A stretch of DNA of 64,000 nucleotides, from the NCBI GenBank assembly GCA_013265495.1, contig MU058463.1:1573523-1637522 (forward strand), in the 5' to 3' direction. Positions 12,834 through 25,420 of this stretch are shown here, piece after piece (position 1 is the stretch's first letter; every line of letters starts with the position of its first letter). The notes under the pieces are model-generated. The model did not search any database, was not told where the DNA came from, and was given only the letters and a program-made list of their open reading frames with translations. A program made the position numbers and the translations under genes. Origin of the DNA: Vicugna vicugna (lineage: Eukaryota).

Positions 12834-13046
12834 TTTCATACTTATGATAGCATATACATAAATCTCGAGTTGTTATCTGTTACTATTGTAAATCTGAGAG
12901 AGGTCCCTGCTTATCCACTCAGCACTGAGAAGAACCTGCAATCCAATCTCATGTCCTTAGGCCAGTCTGGCCTGGATCATCCTAGATCAAAACCATCTAG
13001 ACTGACCTGTAAAAACATGGAAGCGTAGGGGTGAAGAGTTCAGGGT

Positions 13047-13470
13047 TTGGCGGTAAATTTATTGTGTCAATGGTCCAACTCATCACCACTTTGCAACCTC
13101 TCCTATCAAGAGAAAAAAGTCTACCTTCTATTCCTTGATTCTGGGCTAGCTTTGTGACCTATCATGGCTGATAAAATGTAACAGAAGTGAACAGTGCGCT
13201 AGTGCCAAGCCCTGACCTCAAGAGGCCGTGTGCATTTCCTTGTTCTACTCTCGCTCCTCTGCCTTTGCTGTGAGGCCCTGCTCAGGTCTGCTGGAGGATA
13301 ACAGACAGGTGGCAGCCCGGTGGCTCCATCACTCCAGCTAATACCCAGACGTGGGAAGGAGCCCAGTCAAAACAAGAACTGCCCAGCTGAGCCAAGACTA
13401 AATCACTGACCTGCAGGCTTGTAAGCTAAATAAATACTTAATATTTTTATGCTGCATTTTGGGGCTGTAG
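13047..13470 (+). mobile_element. MaLR solo LTR (MLT1G/H-like)
   Basis: ccttgattctgggctagctttgtgac; cagaagtga; cctcaagaggcc; gcccagctgagcc; ctaaataaat. Confidence 0.75.
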
Positions 13471-16400
13471 AAATATGATGAAGCTTTCCATTCAGGCCCT
13501 ACTTCAATCATACCTGTATCAGTTTAATGACCTCATTGCTGATCACCCTATACCAGGTCAAGCTTTTACACTTGTTTTTCACATACAACTAACAATGCTG
13601 GTTGACATATCTGCCAAATATCTTGTGTTCTCCAGCTGGTCCTTCTGGTCCATTTGAGACTGTGATGCTAAATACTGAAGCAAACACTTTGCCATGAGCA
13701 GCCTTATGTGGTCAGTGACTTGGCAGGCCCCTCACAAACAGTAAGCCTGGAATGTCGAAGAATTCTTAGAAACTTATCAGCTTGACCAAACATGGGCAAA
13801 ACCAAATTCATAACAACTGGGAACTAACAAAATAAGACCACGTGTAATTTTTCTTAAATAGTTAACATAAATCATCCCAGACCTTGACTAAGAGCTGAAC
13901 GTTTGAACTGATAATAATTGAAATCCTTGTACTTCAAATCTTAGTGCCCATTTTATGTTTCCGGATAACACTGATATTTCAAGAATGAACGTTCCGAGTA
14001 TCTTTGACCAGGAAGTTTCAGAACTCACACATAATTCTCGGCCTGTTATCTATTCTATCCAAGGAAAACATATTTGAAATAAGATGCCTCGCTTTCCTAA
14101 TAAAAAGCAAAGTCAATCTCTAAATAGAATTCAAGACTATTCAAAATGTACAGTAAAACCCTCAAGAGACTACACCCTGAAGGTGACCTTTAGACCAGGG
14201 AACTGGAAAAAGAATATCAATGGCCCTCCTTATATAAAAATGACTAAACGAAAGAGAAAATATGGTAATAAAATAAAAACTTCCCTTCACCTTTCTGGCA
14301 ATTCTCCAAGATGTCCATTTCAGGGAGCACATGCCTGATAGGCTTAATGCTGTAATCACTCACCTGATCATTCCATTATATATTTGCTAAAATAAGAACA
14401 GCTATCCAACAACACAGTTTGGGGAAAGCAGAGAGGTAATAGGCTGACTCTGGACAAAACTGAGGTAGTATGGTTGGGACCAGAAGAACAATCTTTTCTA
14501 TTTTATTCCCCATCACTAGCGTCCCTTCTCCTGTCTCTACCCTCATGGGGATTAGTAGAAGATTGAACTGATGCTAATGTGCTGTGTCTGCCTCTCTTTG
14601 CCCCAGGCCTTTTGTGCCATATCATCTTTGGGAAAAGTTTCTTAGAAAAAGCATTCACACTAAGGTGTAAGTGAGAGATCTATCTGAACTGATTATCCTT
14701 CTTGAACACCTCTTTATTTTCTTTTTAAATGAAAGGAACCTCTTATGTTGGTAGTTGAAACATTTATGAATCATTATAGCGGAAAAAACTCACACACTTG
14801 CCAATTTACCAATCCATTACCTTGTTTACCTCTACAAAAAACCTGGTTTGGATGGTTATATTTGCATGATAGGCCTTATAAGTTTAGTTGGGATGGAGTT
14901 TCCACAGAATGATGCATCATGAAGCGTGATGGACAGCTAGCTGTCAGGAAGCCGTGAGAAAATGTCACTCTTTGTTGTCTTTTTATTTTTCTTCTCTGTT
15001 ATCAATTTCTTCCAAATCTGATCCACAATCCTTTATTACCATAGCTTAAATTCATCTTGGTATTCAAAGTCTTACATCTTTGGCCTCAACAAACATCCCA
15101 AGTTCCTGATCTTATTGCCAACTACCTCCTTTACGATGCTTCTGCTTCAGCCCACGTATTTACTCCCTTCACCATAAGCATCCCTGGAAGTTTTCTGTTA
15201 CACATGCCCAAAATGTGCTATAGAGGTCTTCATCTCCCGCCGTCCACATCTTCTCTCACTTCCTAAACAGTGCAGATTCCTTCCTGGAATTGATGGCCCC
15301 TGAAATCTTAGTACTTTTCATGTCTGACTGCCCATTTTACATTTCTAGTTAACACTGATGTCTTAAAAGTGAAGTTTCCAAACTGAATATTTTAAATTTT
15401 AAAACTTAGCCCATAACAACCTGCTTGTTTGGCCATCCTAGCCCAGAAAAGCATATTCAGAACCAGACAGTTTGATTTCCCATTGAAAAGTGGCACCATT
15501 CCAGGACAAGGCTGTCTAAAGTGACCTGTCCCTTCTCTGAATTCCTGTAGCAATTATTGGATTAAAAGAATTGATTTATATGTGGACTGTTTTTGATATC
15601 TGCTCTACACTCTCTTAAACAACTATTCAAATGTTATTTAGCTACATATATTTAAATCTCATTTACTCAATTACCTCAATAATACTTTCACAGCAAAACT
15701 GTGATTATTTTAATGTTAGCCCCATATGGAGACATTCACCTAGTAGACAAATCATAATATTGGCTGGTTTCATTGTTTTTTAAAGCACACCTAAGAATTT
15801 TTTCTATATGAAACCAAAGTAGTGCTTACAATATTGTATTATTAAGAGGAAGCTTGACTCTTCTGTTTCTATCTATGCAGTAAGTGCAAGAAAAAGGACA
15901 ATAGGAAGATTGTTCAGGTATATAAGAATTACAAATCATCATCAATCCATTCATATTAAATCAAGATTTCTCCTGAATTTATTGCTCATACTTTCTCATT
16001 AAGTGGTTTTTAGTAAGTTCCTAGTGTAAATCTTCAATTTAAATAAATTTATTTCAGCATTGCTAACAAATATTGATGACAATTGTTAAACTACTATGCA
16101 GTAATCTCTGAAATTTAATCTCTGTGAGCTCTTTCTGTATATTCATTGAAAACACAGCTACAGAAAAGTTATTCACTATGTGTTCCCAACAGCTAAGAAG
16201 TGAGCAGTTTTCCTCCAACTTAAAATGGGAGAAATACTTTTTTTTACAAAGAAATCTGCTAACTCACAACTCATCATTGGTAATGGGAGACATTACCTTG
16301 AAGTTATGCATCGCTTTTTAAAAATCATAATTATTGACTGAAAAGGTTAAAGAAAAAGAATAGCATTAATAAATGGACTTTGAGTTCAATGATAATATCA

Positions 16401-16747
16401 CATTAAAATTAAAAGCAATTTGAGTGTAATGAAACAAAAAATAGCCAAATGACTTCAAATAAGTATAAAATTATTTTTCCCTCTGAGTAATACAACTTAT
16501 CATGTATTATCTCCAAATTTAGATCATTTTTGCTCTGTTTGGTCTCATACCACTGTTAATAGCATTTTCCACACCTTGATGTTTTTTCAATCACTTTGAG
16601 AAAATCAAAACTATACCTAGTAGGAAAGAAATGAATGTAATTATGGCATCCCTATTAAATCAAAACCAAGCTTTGACTTCCGGCTTAGTTTAATATTTTC
16701 CCAAGTTCTTTTTCCAGGAGTATGCTTTAGAATACTCTTCAGAGCAG

Positions 16748-19068
16748 TTCATCAACGTGCCAAAGATAGGTCAGTCTCTCCAGGGTACGATAACACAGCA
16801 GGGACTCAAGTTGTGTTGCTGTTTTGACAGGCTGGCCTCCCAGCTGCAATGGCAGTCGGACCCGCCGCAGTTAGGGGAACGTCACAGATTCGTGAGAAAC
16901 CCATGAGTGACCTCAGTATCTGATATTATAACCCCTTCATTCATGAGCCCATTAAACAAGCACTGAATTGGGTGAGGAAAGATGGGATTGAATCCATAGG
17001 GTAATGTTATCTAACTGACTGTTGAAAGACTCCCCCACAGAAGAGTCCCTGTGGGGAGTTTTCGCCCAGAGCATAAATGTTCTCATAATTTGGATCCATT
17101 CCAAAGGCCTGATTCACATTTCTCTTCCCCAAACCAATTTGTCACTAGTCTTATTCTTTCTAAATCCCTGACTGGTCAACCTAGTCATCAGCCGCTATGC
17201 ACGCATTGGTATAAACTGGTAATTCTTCTCAGCAAGAGACGTTTCCTTTCCTTTCAATGCCACCTCTCAGATGGTTTGTACAGTAAACTATTCCTCTGCC
17301 AACTGGTGCCAGCAATTTATGTATCATCTTTAAAACAGACTCACATTTTCCCCTTCCTTTAAGTCAACTCTTCGTAGGAACATCCCCTTAAGGCCATCCT
17401 GGGAGGGTCAGAAGCAGAGGAGGACGTGCATGGAGCCACTTACTCATGCAACTTTAGTGTGCTTTAAGAATCTGATAAGTTTGGATTTTGTATTTACCAC
17501 TTCAATTTGTTGATGGAGAACGGTTCAGCATGCCTAACTTTATGTTTGGAGAACAAGACAGAAACAGTTCATTTTAGGAGTTCAGGTTGCAGGCACCTGC
17601 TTGCAGGCTCTGCCTTGGACCAGTAACAAGAACAGTTAGCTGAAGAAGACGAGGCTTTGCCACAGAACCTCAGTGGCCCCTGTCTCAGTTCTCTTATTTG
17701 GGCTTGTGCTTGCTTTATGCAGCATCAGTCTGCCACAGAAATCGCAAACCCCTGTTGAATTTGTTGCTTCATAAGAGCCAAGAGGAAGAACTACTTGTAC
17801 TGCAGCCTAGATCTGCTGGAATGCCTTCTCTTGCTCTGGCCCCACTGTTTGTAAACAGTTTTATAAGCAGTTCACTTGATAAACATGTTGGAGCCACATA
17901 TCCACATGTGTTATGTATTAGTCCAAAATCCAAATAAGCCCACAAACTATTGCATCTTTTCCTTATTTGTATAAAATGCAAAGGTCCCCTAAGGAGACTT
18001 AACGTTTTGAAGGAGATATATCAACAAGCTGCAGACCACTGGACCCCACCCCCAGATTTTAAGTAACGGATCCCAGAATTTTATGTGATATACATTCCAT
18101 CCTCTTTCAAATGTAGGTATTACCAAAACATTTATTTTGTTACTACCACATGGCCCTAGCAGCATGACTGATATAATATAGCATTAGATACTAAAAGCAT
18201 TAGATACTAAAAGATGATGAGATGATGAAAATAGACCAGTATGATAAATAGCCTAAAGGATGATGAGATGATAAAAATCCCTGAGGACTAAATCATGTCC
18301 TAGAGTTAGAGGACTGACAAAGGTAAAAGGTGAAGGTTTATGCTTATCAAATAAAAGCAAGTTTCTTCAGGAGATATTGATAGCTACAAAACAAACCAAC
18401 TTCCAACTGTGTGTTAATTTGTCCCATGAAAAAGAGCCATATAAAATGGCAGCTAAATGGAGTCATGAGGTGCTTATAAATATTATAATTCATTATCATT
18501 CCCTAAAATCTACCCATCTGACCTCTTTACACACCAGACAGGTAAGTTTAATGGGGACATCCTGGAAATCATCACATCACTGTTGTGGTGGGTAAGTTCT
18601 TGGTGGTGGCTCTCATTCCCGAAAGCCCCTCAGTGCTGTGGCATTACTTCTGACTTATTAGGGTGCACTCCACAAGCTTCCTCTTGGCTATCCCCACCAT
18701 AGTAGTCTTAACAGCACGTGTCAGGGGAAGACTGGGGAATCTGCTGTTTTCTGAATGTATCTCGTCAAATTACACACACAGAAACTAAGGAAGTCATCAC
18801 AGCATAGACTTGGGGACTCAATGGCCCCTGTATGAACAAAATTTCATTTATCCTCTGACATCCACCTAACCTGTGATCACAGTGACATCCTGGTTCCCAG
18901 GAGGTGGTTCTGGGCTCAGTCTACATCCAGGAACCCTCCAAAGGACTGGATATTTTACTTTCCTCAGTGCACAACAGCCACAAACCTTTCTGCGGAAGGC
19001 CAGGAGGAAGATTTAAAAACATGTGGGTGGTACTACCACGGGATGTTTTTCAAGGGTACCCGTCTCCT
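16748..19068 (-). mobile_element. ERV-L-class endogenous retrovirus pro-pol fossil (protease, RT, RNase H, N-terminal integrase), many stops and frameshifts
   Basis: Manual minus-strand translation gives ordered motifs: FGGFLDVD (FLDVD 18919-18933), MVGIAKRK, SPLNLPVWCVKRSDG, CYIISVML (18160-18183), GVQW (18036-18047), VGLFGFW (17923-17943), GPEQEKAFQQ (~17813-17842), HKVRHA, KLHE, WGREM (17117-17131), WAHE (16940-16951), WHVD (~16751-16762); these match recalled HERV-L Pol motifs in order. Confidence 0.9.
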
Positions 19069-19640
19069 TTATTCAGGGAGCTCTGGCTCTGTGACATGAC
19101 TCAAAGCTGAAAGTCAGGCTTCAACTCAGCAAACCTAAGGCTTACATTGCTTTCATAAAGATTAAGGGATATTTCAATGCCATGACCGTCTATTTTGATC
19201 TCAGAACTCTGCAATCACTTAGCCAACATCAAAGATGACCGTAGGCCTGACCAGCTGCTAGAGTAAGCATATGCACCTTGCCTCTGGCATATAACTAATG
19301 CTGCCTGGTCCCTACTCCCATGGAATCTCAGCATCTGCACTAAAATCAGGGGGCCCATTCTAATGACAACATCAGACAGGCACACACCCAGCTCCGTCCC
19401 CAGAGAATGTCATTTACAGTGCTTTTCAGAGATTCTTGGATTCTTCTGGATAATTTAGATCTAATAGTTGAATGAAGGTAAGGCCCTCTGGCCCTCTTCG
19501 GACCAAGGAACATATATTACTCCAAGATTCTTATCTCTGCATGATTTTGGATTCCCTCTCCCATGTTACTCAAAAGCATCTCTATCATCTTGACTTTATT
19601 TAGCACAGACTAGCGCTAAGCCCATTTCCTGAAAGGAAAT
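19069..19640 (-). mobile_element. ERV-L gag fossil (C-terminal half), contiguous with pol
   Basis: EGIQNHAEIRILE (19520-19558), SLKSTV, GSRDQAALVICQRQG, LNLYE, LSHVTEPELPE* resemble recalled HERV-L Gag EGIQRLREIGMLE, SLKSPV, GGRGQVAALNRQRQG, LNLYK, LSQFTDPEPLE*. Confidence 0.8.
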
Positions 19641-20509
19641 TGTTTCCAATGTAAAATTCTTCACTTGTAAAGCTATCAGCTAGTGTGAGGGTGGAATACA
19701 AAATGTAACAGACATTGAAGTATCCACCGGTACCTTCAGGAGCCCATGCTTAGAAAATTACTAGAAAATATGCTCAACCAAAAGAAAGCAAAAAGATGTG
19801 TGGTACAGGAAACAGAGGATGGACACCGGGAAAGAGCAGAGGAGATATCTAGGACGGCGATAGAAGCAGAGATCAGAGGAAAATGCGTGGTCATGCACCA
19901 GGCACAGAGGGCAGCTTGCCCAGATTTAAGTAGGTCAGGAAGCTCCAAGAGAGATTTCTTTCAAAGGATGAACATATGACTTGTACATTTTATGGTAATT
20001 AAAGCTTCCATTGTAATAAGTACACATAAAGCTAAACCAAAAAAGTTAAGGCGTCCATCAACTCCTTGAAGGAAAGCAATTATGGTATATCTTAAGTCTC
20101 ATCACCCGTGATTAGTGTTTACATAGTCATAATAATGTAAATCCTGAGCACGGGTCTCACTAAAATTCTGATATAACATAAAGGCATCAGAGGAAGAGAA
20201 AGAGCACATGGAGGACAGTGAGGCACTTTAGAGGCAAGTTCTTTGTTCTCATCTTCCCAGTAGTTAATGCCTGAAACTGCAAGGCTACTAGGTGGCAAAA
20301 TGAGAATTTTAAGGTTTCAGGAAATGAAAGAGTTGAAAATGGTTATCCGCAGCAGGAGGACAGGCAAGAGCGGTAGGGGACCCGCGTGTGTCACAAAGAA
20401 ACCTTGTACAGTAATTTGGGTAGTTCGATCATGGGCATGAACACACTTTATACAAACAAATTCCCCTTTGCGTAAGGGAAAAACAATCATACGTAGGTAG
20501 AATATAGGT

Positions 20510-20735
20510 TCTAAAATGCATTGAGTGCCAAGCAAATTTCATCTCACCTGATCTTCACAAAACTCTGAGAGTTCACAAAACTCTGTGAGATAGACATCAC
20601 TTCCATTACAGATGAGAAAATTGGGATTCAGAATCAGGAACGCCCCCAATGGTTCTCATTTATTCAGCATTGGACCCAGGAATCAACCATGGAAACAGCT
20701 GGCACCAAAGTTCTTGTTCTTTCTATTATGAATGT
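20510..20735 (-). mobile_element. MIR SINE
   Basis: atcttcacaaaactctg..ccattacagatgagaaaattgggattcaga; small internal tandem duplication (ttcacaaaactctg x2). Confidence 0.75.
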
Positions 20736-20818
20736 ACTGCCCTCAGTAAAATATCTCTATAAAATGACTAAAGCAGTCTTGGGTTAGGCTTGCAATGAAT
20801 GGACTTTATATGCATTGT

Positions 20819-21076
20819 GAAAGGAAAGAAAGAAAGAAGGAAAGAAGGAAAGAAGGAAAGAAAGAAAGAAAGAAGAAAGAAAGAAAGAAAGAAGGAAGGA
20901 AAGAAGGAAAGAAGGAAAGAAGGAAAGAAGGAAAGAAGGAAAGAAGGAAAGAAGGAAAGAAGGAAAGAAGGAAAGAAGGAAAGAAGGAAAGAAGGAAAGA
21001 AGGAAAGAAAGAAAGAAAGAAAGGAAGGAAGGAAGGAAGGAAGGGAGGAAGGAAGGAAGGAAGGAAGGAAGAAAAG
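20819..21076. repeat. Compound homopurine microsatellite (GAAA)n/(GAAGGAAA)n/(GGAA)n
   Basis: 258 consecutive purines on + strand. Confidence 0.98.
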
Positions 21077-21685
21077 CATCCGTAGCTGGAGGAATAATGG
21101 AATGTGTGCTGAGAAAGGTTAAGAACAATTGACCTGATTATAATAAGGTCCGTTATAAAAAAGGGAACACTGATGTTGGTTAGATTTAATATAGAGATGG
21201 CATTCATTCCAAAGGATTTTTCCCATTAATTTTCTCATTTTCTCAGGGTGTGGAGAGGAATAAAAAACACTTTGGCCATTATGCCACTTCCTCTATTTAT
21301 AAAATCAGATTTTCTGATAAGTGACAAATGCACGTCCATCTGGAAAACTCCTGTATCATAAGAACAGATGACCCACAACGAGAAGAAAAGCAAGTACAGA
21401 ATAAGACCTCTTGCTAAAGCGAATAATTATAACAGAAACAGCAGCCTCTGCTTGCACAGCCTGGAGACTGTCTGCTTAACTTGGATGCAGGTGTGGATAA
21501 AGGCCTCTCATGCTAACACGAGCCCATTTCCATGTGGCAGATCCATTTTTAAAAACAAAACCACAAATAAAAATAAACACTTCTATCTTCTTCTATGGAA
21601 ATTCTAATCTAACAGTAACCTGAAATTGTTCAGAAAAAAAAAGCAATTGATTGAATTTTGATCAAAACATCATTTTCGGGTTTCT

Positions 21686-21745
21686 TTTGAGATTTGAGGA
21701 ATAATAGAATTATTCTTTGAGATTTGTGGAATAATAGAATTATTT
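21686..21745. repeat. 30-bp tandem duplication
   Basis: tttgagatttg(a/t)ggaataatagaattatt(c/t) twice. Confidence 0.9.
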
Positions 21746-23239
21746 GAGTCCCTTCCAATAAACTCATATAGTCTAAGAACTCTTTCAAAGCCTATTTCTC
21801 AAATCTCTGACCTTCCTGGGACTCAGAGACATCACCTTCATGAAGAGGAATGCTATAGAATTATGCACTTATGCTACATTGTGTTGGATGATATTCTCGA
21901 TGAACATACATTGTGAAAACTGGATTTACATTTGTTCATATAATTATTACATAAAGTATTCAGCGGTTACCATAGTGGTGTCAAAGCAGATTACACAAAT
22001 GGGAAAGAACTGCAGATGTCCTGCCAATTATTCTAAGCACTATTATAATAAAAACCTAATGACTTGGACAGTTTGGTTAATAACATACAAGAATAAAACA
22101 TTTCACTTTTAAAAGGAGTTAGTTGGAAGTTATATTACATTTTCGTGCAACACTGTAATAATCAAACACTCTGTCTTGTATTCTCAAATCCTGACTTGGC
22201 ATGCTGAATGAGAACGTACTATTATGTACAAAGGTTTTGCCTATGGCCAAGTTTTAAAGAAGGCAATTATGATTCCAGATATTTGAGCAGAAGAGCAGTT
22301 CAGCTGTTTACACACGGTGAGCTGTTACCTAGGTCTGAAATAGAAATCTCAAATAGAAGAGAAAATACATACTGGCAAAAAAAAAAAAGATAGTTTCATC
22401 TTTATCAAGAATCATAATTTCACGTAAAATATCTATATGATAGAATCATGTTCATAAATTATCTATTTCTAATTAAAGCTTCTTATGTATGAATCTCTGC
22501 TCTTCTGCCATCCTGTTGATTCCACAATTTCTCAAATGTGTTGTAGAGAAATAGATGTTGAATATCAGGGTCACTCAAAATTTCAATGAAGGGAAGTGTA
22601 AATGTGCCTGAGAGACTTTCTGCAGCCCGGCAGTAAAACTGGATCAAGAACTCAGACCCTCCCTTTTACTACTTCAGGTATCAATACAAATACTCAGAGA
22701 TGCTGGGTGGAGGCTTTGTTCACATCTCCAGGCTGATAAAATCACTTCTGACTCATACATACATAACTCTCACTGGATTCTCCTGAGATCATATTAGTCA
22801 GGCTCTCTGAGATAACAATGAATGGAAATAGGGCAGGTTCACCCCCAGTGACAGGAGTTTTTGTAAGAAAACACCCAGAGGCAGGTAAACAAAGAAAACC
22901 ATCTCCACAGCAGTCAGATGGGTTTCTGTTTCTCTAGGTCTCTTCGAGTTTCTAAGCAATCTGCTGTCTGATTAATATATTTCAAAATTCTTGGAAAGAA
23001 AGTATCCAATTGTGTCAGTTAGGCAGAACTCAGTGAAGACAAGAATTCTCTATCCAAGCCACCCCCTGGATCACCAAGTTCCCCGGTGTCCCGCCTGTAG
23101 CTCGCTGCCAGGGGCAATCAGGAAGAAAGAGAGAGGCTTGTAGCTGCTTTCCGAAAGGGGGGCTGTGGATACTCAGACACTGAAAGTGACCTGGAGTTCA
23201 AAACCGTGTAAAGCTGCGCTCCGATTTTAGACTTGCTGA

Positions 23240-23425
23240 ATTAAATCCCGAATTTACTACATTTAAGTCCCCACAGCTCATGGAGATAATCTGATCTTCC
23301 TGAACCTCGGTTTCCTTATCTGTAAAACAAGTGGAACCATAGTGCATATTTCATAGCAGGTTGTGCAGGTTAAATGAGACAATCCATGTAAAGCACCTAG
23401 CAGGGAGTTCAGATAGTATCATTGC
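23240..23425 (+). mobile_element. MIR SINE
   Basis: tgaacctcggtttccttatctgtaaaa...ttaaatgagacaatccatgtaaagcacctagcag. Confidence 0.8.
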
Positions 23426-24140
23426 TTAGAAAAAGCCATTAAATAGTGCATGACTATTGTGCATACAAATATTTATTTGCACACCACTAAAAATCTCAAA
23501 GGCCATAAGCAGTACACAAAGACGACCTGGGTAAGCACTGCACTGGAGAACCCTGAAAGCCGGCCTTGAATCATTTAGTAATATGAAAATATTGCCCTGT
23601 TGGAGAGTAATTCTATTTTTCACTTCTATATGAAATTTCTATATATTGGACTTGCTGAAAATAGGGGTATGTTTTAGTAAACTAGATGGTTCATTGGTTT
23701 AGAAACACATATATTTTGAAAAAAAATTAGTAACAAAAACATAGCTAAGATATATTCACATCTTACTCTTGACATACAAAGTCACGTCCACAAGAATCTT
23801 TATTATTTAAGGATACTTTCCTTTTGAGGAAGCAGAAATAAATAGTAAGAGGTCTTTTACAGTGAGCCCAGGTGCCCACAAGAAAAGCTGGTCAACCTCT
23901 GCTCTCACATACTTTGACAGCTCTTGCAACAAAATGGGCAAACACGGGCCTTGGCACCAGGCTGACCTCGGCATCAATTCCTACCTATTAGCTATGTGAC
24001 CTTAAAGGAAATTATTCAATCCCTCAAAGTTTCAATTTCTTCAGAGCAAATAAATCAGACTCTCTGAGATGGCATCACATTTTTAAACTCCAAGAAGATC
24101 CTGATGTGAAGTCAAGTTTGAAACCCCACCCTCTGAAGCT

Positions 24141-24303
24141 AGTGGTTCTCAAACCACAGCATGCACCACAGTCGGACTGCTGGGCCTCAGCTCCAGAGTT
24201 TCTGATTCTGTAGCTGTGGGGAGGGGCACAGGGTCTACGATGCCAGTAAGTCCCAGGTGATGCTGGTGCAGTTGGTCCAGGGACCACACTTTGAGAACCT
24301 CTC
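24141..24303. mobile_element. MER5A-like hAT-Charlie MITE
   Basis: TIRs agtggttctcaaa ... tttgagaacc; cagagtttctgattc; cccaggtgatgctggtgc; gggaccacactttgag. Confidence 0.85.
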
Positions 24304-24559
24304 CTATAAACTCATCAGATCACTTCTTGCTCCCCGGGAGTGGTATCTATGAATCATATCCGAATGCCCAGCAACTCCCTGCTCACAAGTTACTCAAAGT
24401 CCCTCCTCTCATTTTCATTCCCAATCCCCACCAACCTCCGGCAGTACTGATGTTATCTATACCCGTTAGATACTATGTATAATTATTTTTATCAAAGCCC
24501 CCACACCAGAATGTCCCATAGTATTTGTTTATAATTCCATTATTCTTCCCAGTCTACAC

Positions 24560-24672
24560 ATCACCCTAAAGACAAAAAGACAAACAAACATGCCTTATTC
24601 ATTTTTATATCCCTGACTTTGTGCAAAATGCCTAGCACATAATGGGAGCATAATGAATGCTTTGTTGAATGG
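24560..24672 (+). mobile_element. L2 3' end
   Basis: aatgcctagcacataatgggagcataatgaatgctttgttgaatg. Confidence 0.65.
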
Positions 24673-25376
24673 AAACAGCCCACAAGCCAAAAATACTTTT
24701 CTAACACCCAGTGTGAGACCTGTTTCTCTGAAAAAGATCAACTTGGATCAACAGCGATGCAAACCTCAGCTCCACTTATCAAGACCTTTCAGTTCTTTGA
24801 AGTAATGTAAGCCGTGTTTTGCTTGGTAAGAAAGGACATGTGTTTTTACAGCCTTATTTTTGACAATTTTTCACACCTCTGTTCTCCAGTCTGACCATGC
24901 TCCTCTCTGTCAGCCTACGCACACTAAACCTGATAACCACACACCCCGAGCACTTACTGCACTGTGACAAAAATATACCCAATTTTCCAAGCAGGGGTTT
25001 CTCACTCTTTAAACAATAATAAAATAGAACATACCATTGTGAAGGTTGGTTCTGTTTAGATGTGCAGTCTTGGTAAGTAAACAGGATGGAAAACACAACA
25101 GGGATGTTTGAATTAGCCTCAGTGGGTCCCACTGATGTAATCGGCCCAACATCTGTGGAAGTGTGTCTACTTAATAAGGTGGAGGCCAAGACACTGCCTC
25201 TTATCTTTTAACCTCAGGGTCTATTTATAATTTGTTATTCATTAAACTGCTAACTCTACCAGGAGGTGAAGAGCTGGCTATCTTTGCTGGGAGACAGTGT
25301 CCTAAGTCTTGTTGCTGCTTGTTCTGACTTTCCTGTAGCAGACATTGTAAGTAAGCTCCAGGAACAAAAGCACTCC

Positions 25377-25420
25377 AAAAAAAAAAAAAAAGAAGAAGAA
25401 GAAGAAGAAGAAGAAAAAGA
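25377..25420. repeat. poly-A followed by (GAA)n
   Basis: direct observation. Confidence 0.9.

Noticed and set aside
18180..18278. CRISPR-like repeat-spacer-repeat
   Set aside because: Only two repeats, eukaryotic context and no cas genes.
19069..19640. Domesticated ERV-L gag (Fv1-like restriction factor)
   Set aside because: In-frame stops and frameshifts throughout; no intact ORF.
20768..21207. K/E/R-rich and F/L/S-rich ORFs of 96-133 aa on both strands
   Set aside because: Translations of the stop-free purine microsatellite.
24854..25189. 111-aa minus-strand ORF in unique DNA
   Set aside because: Non-ATG start, no recognisable homology and no clear splice boundaries.
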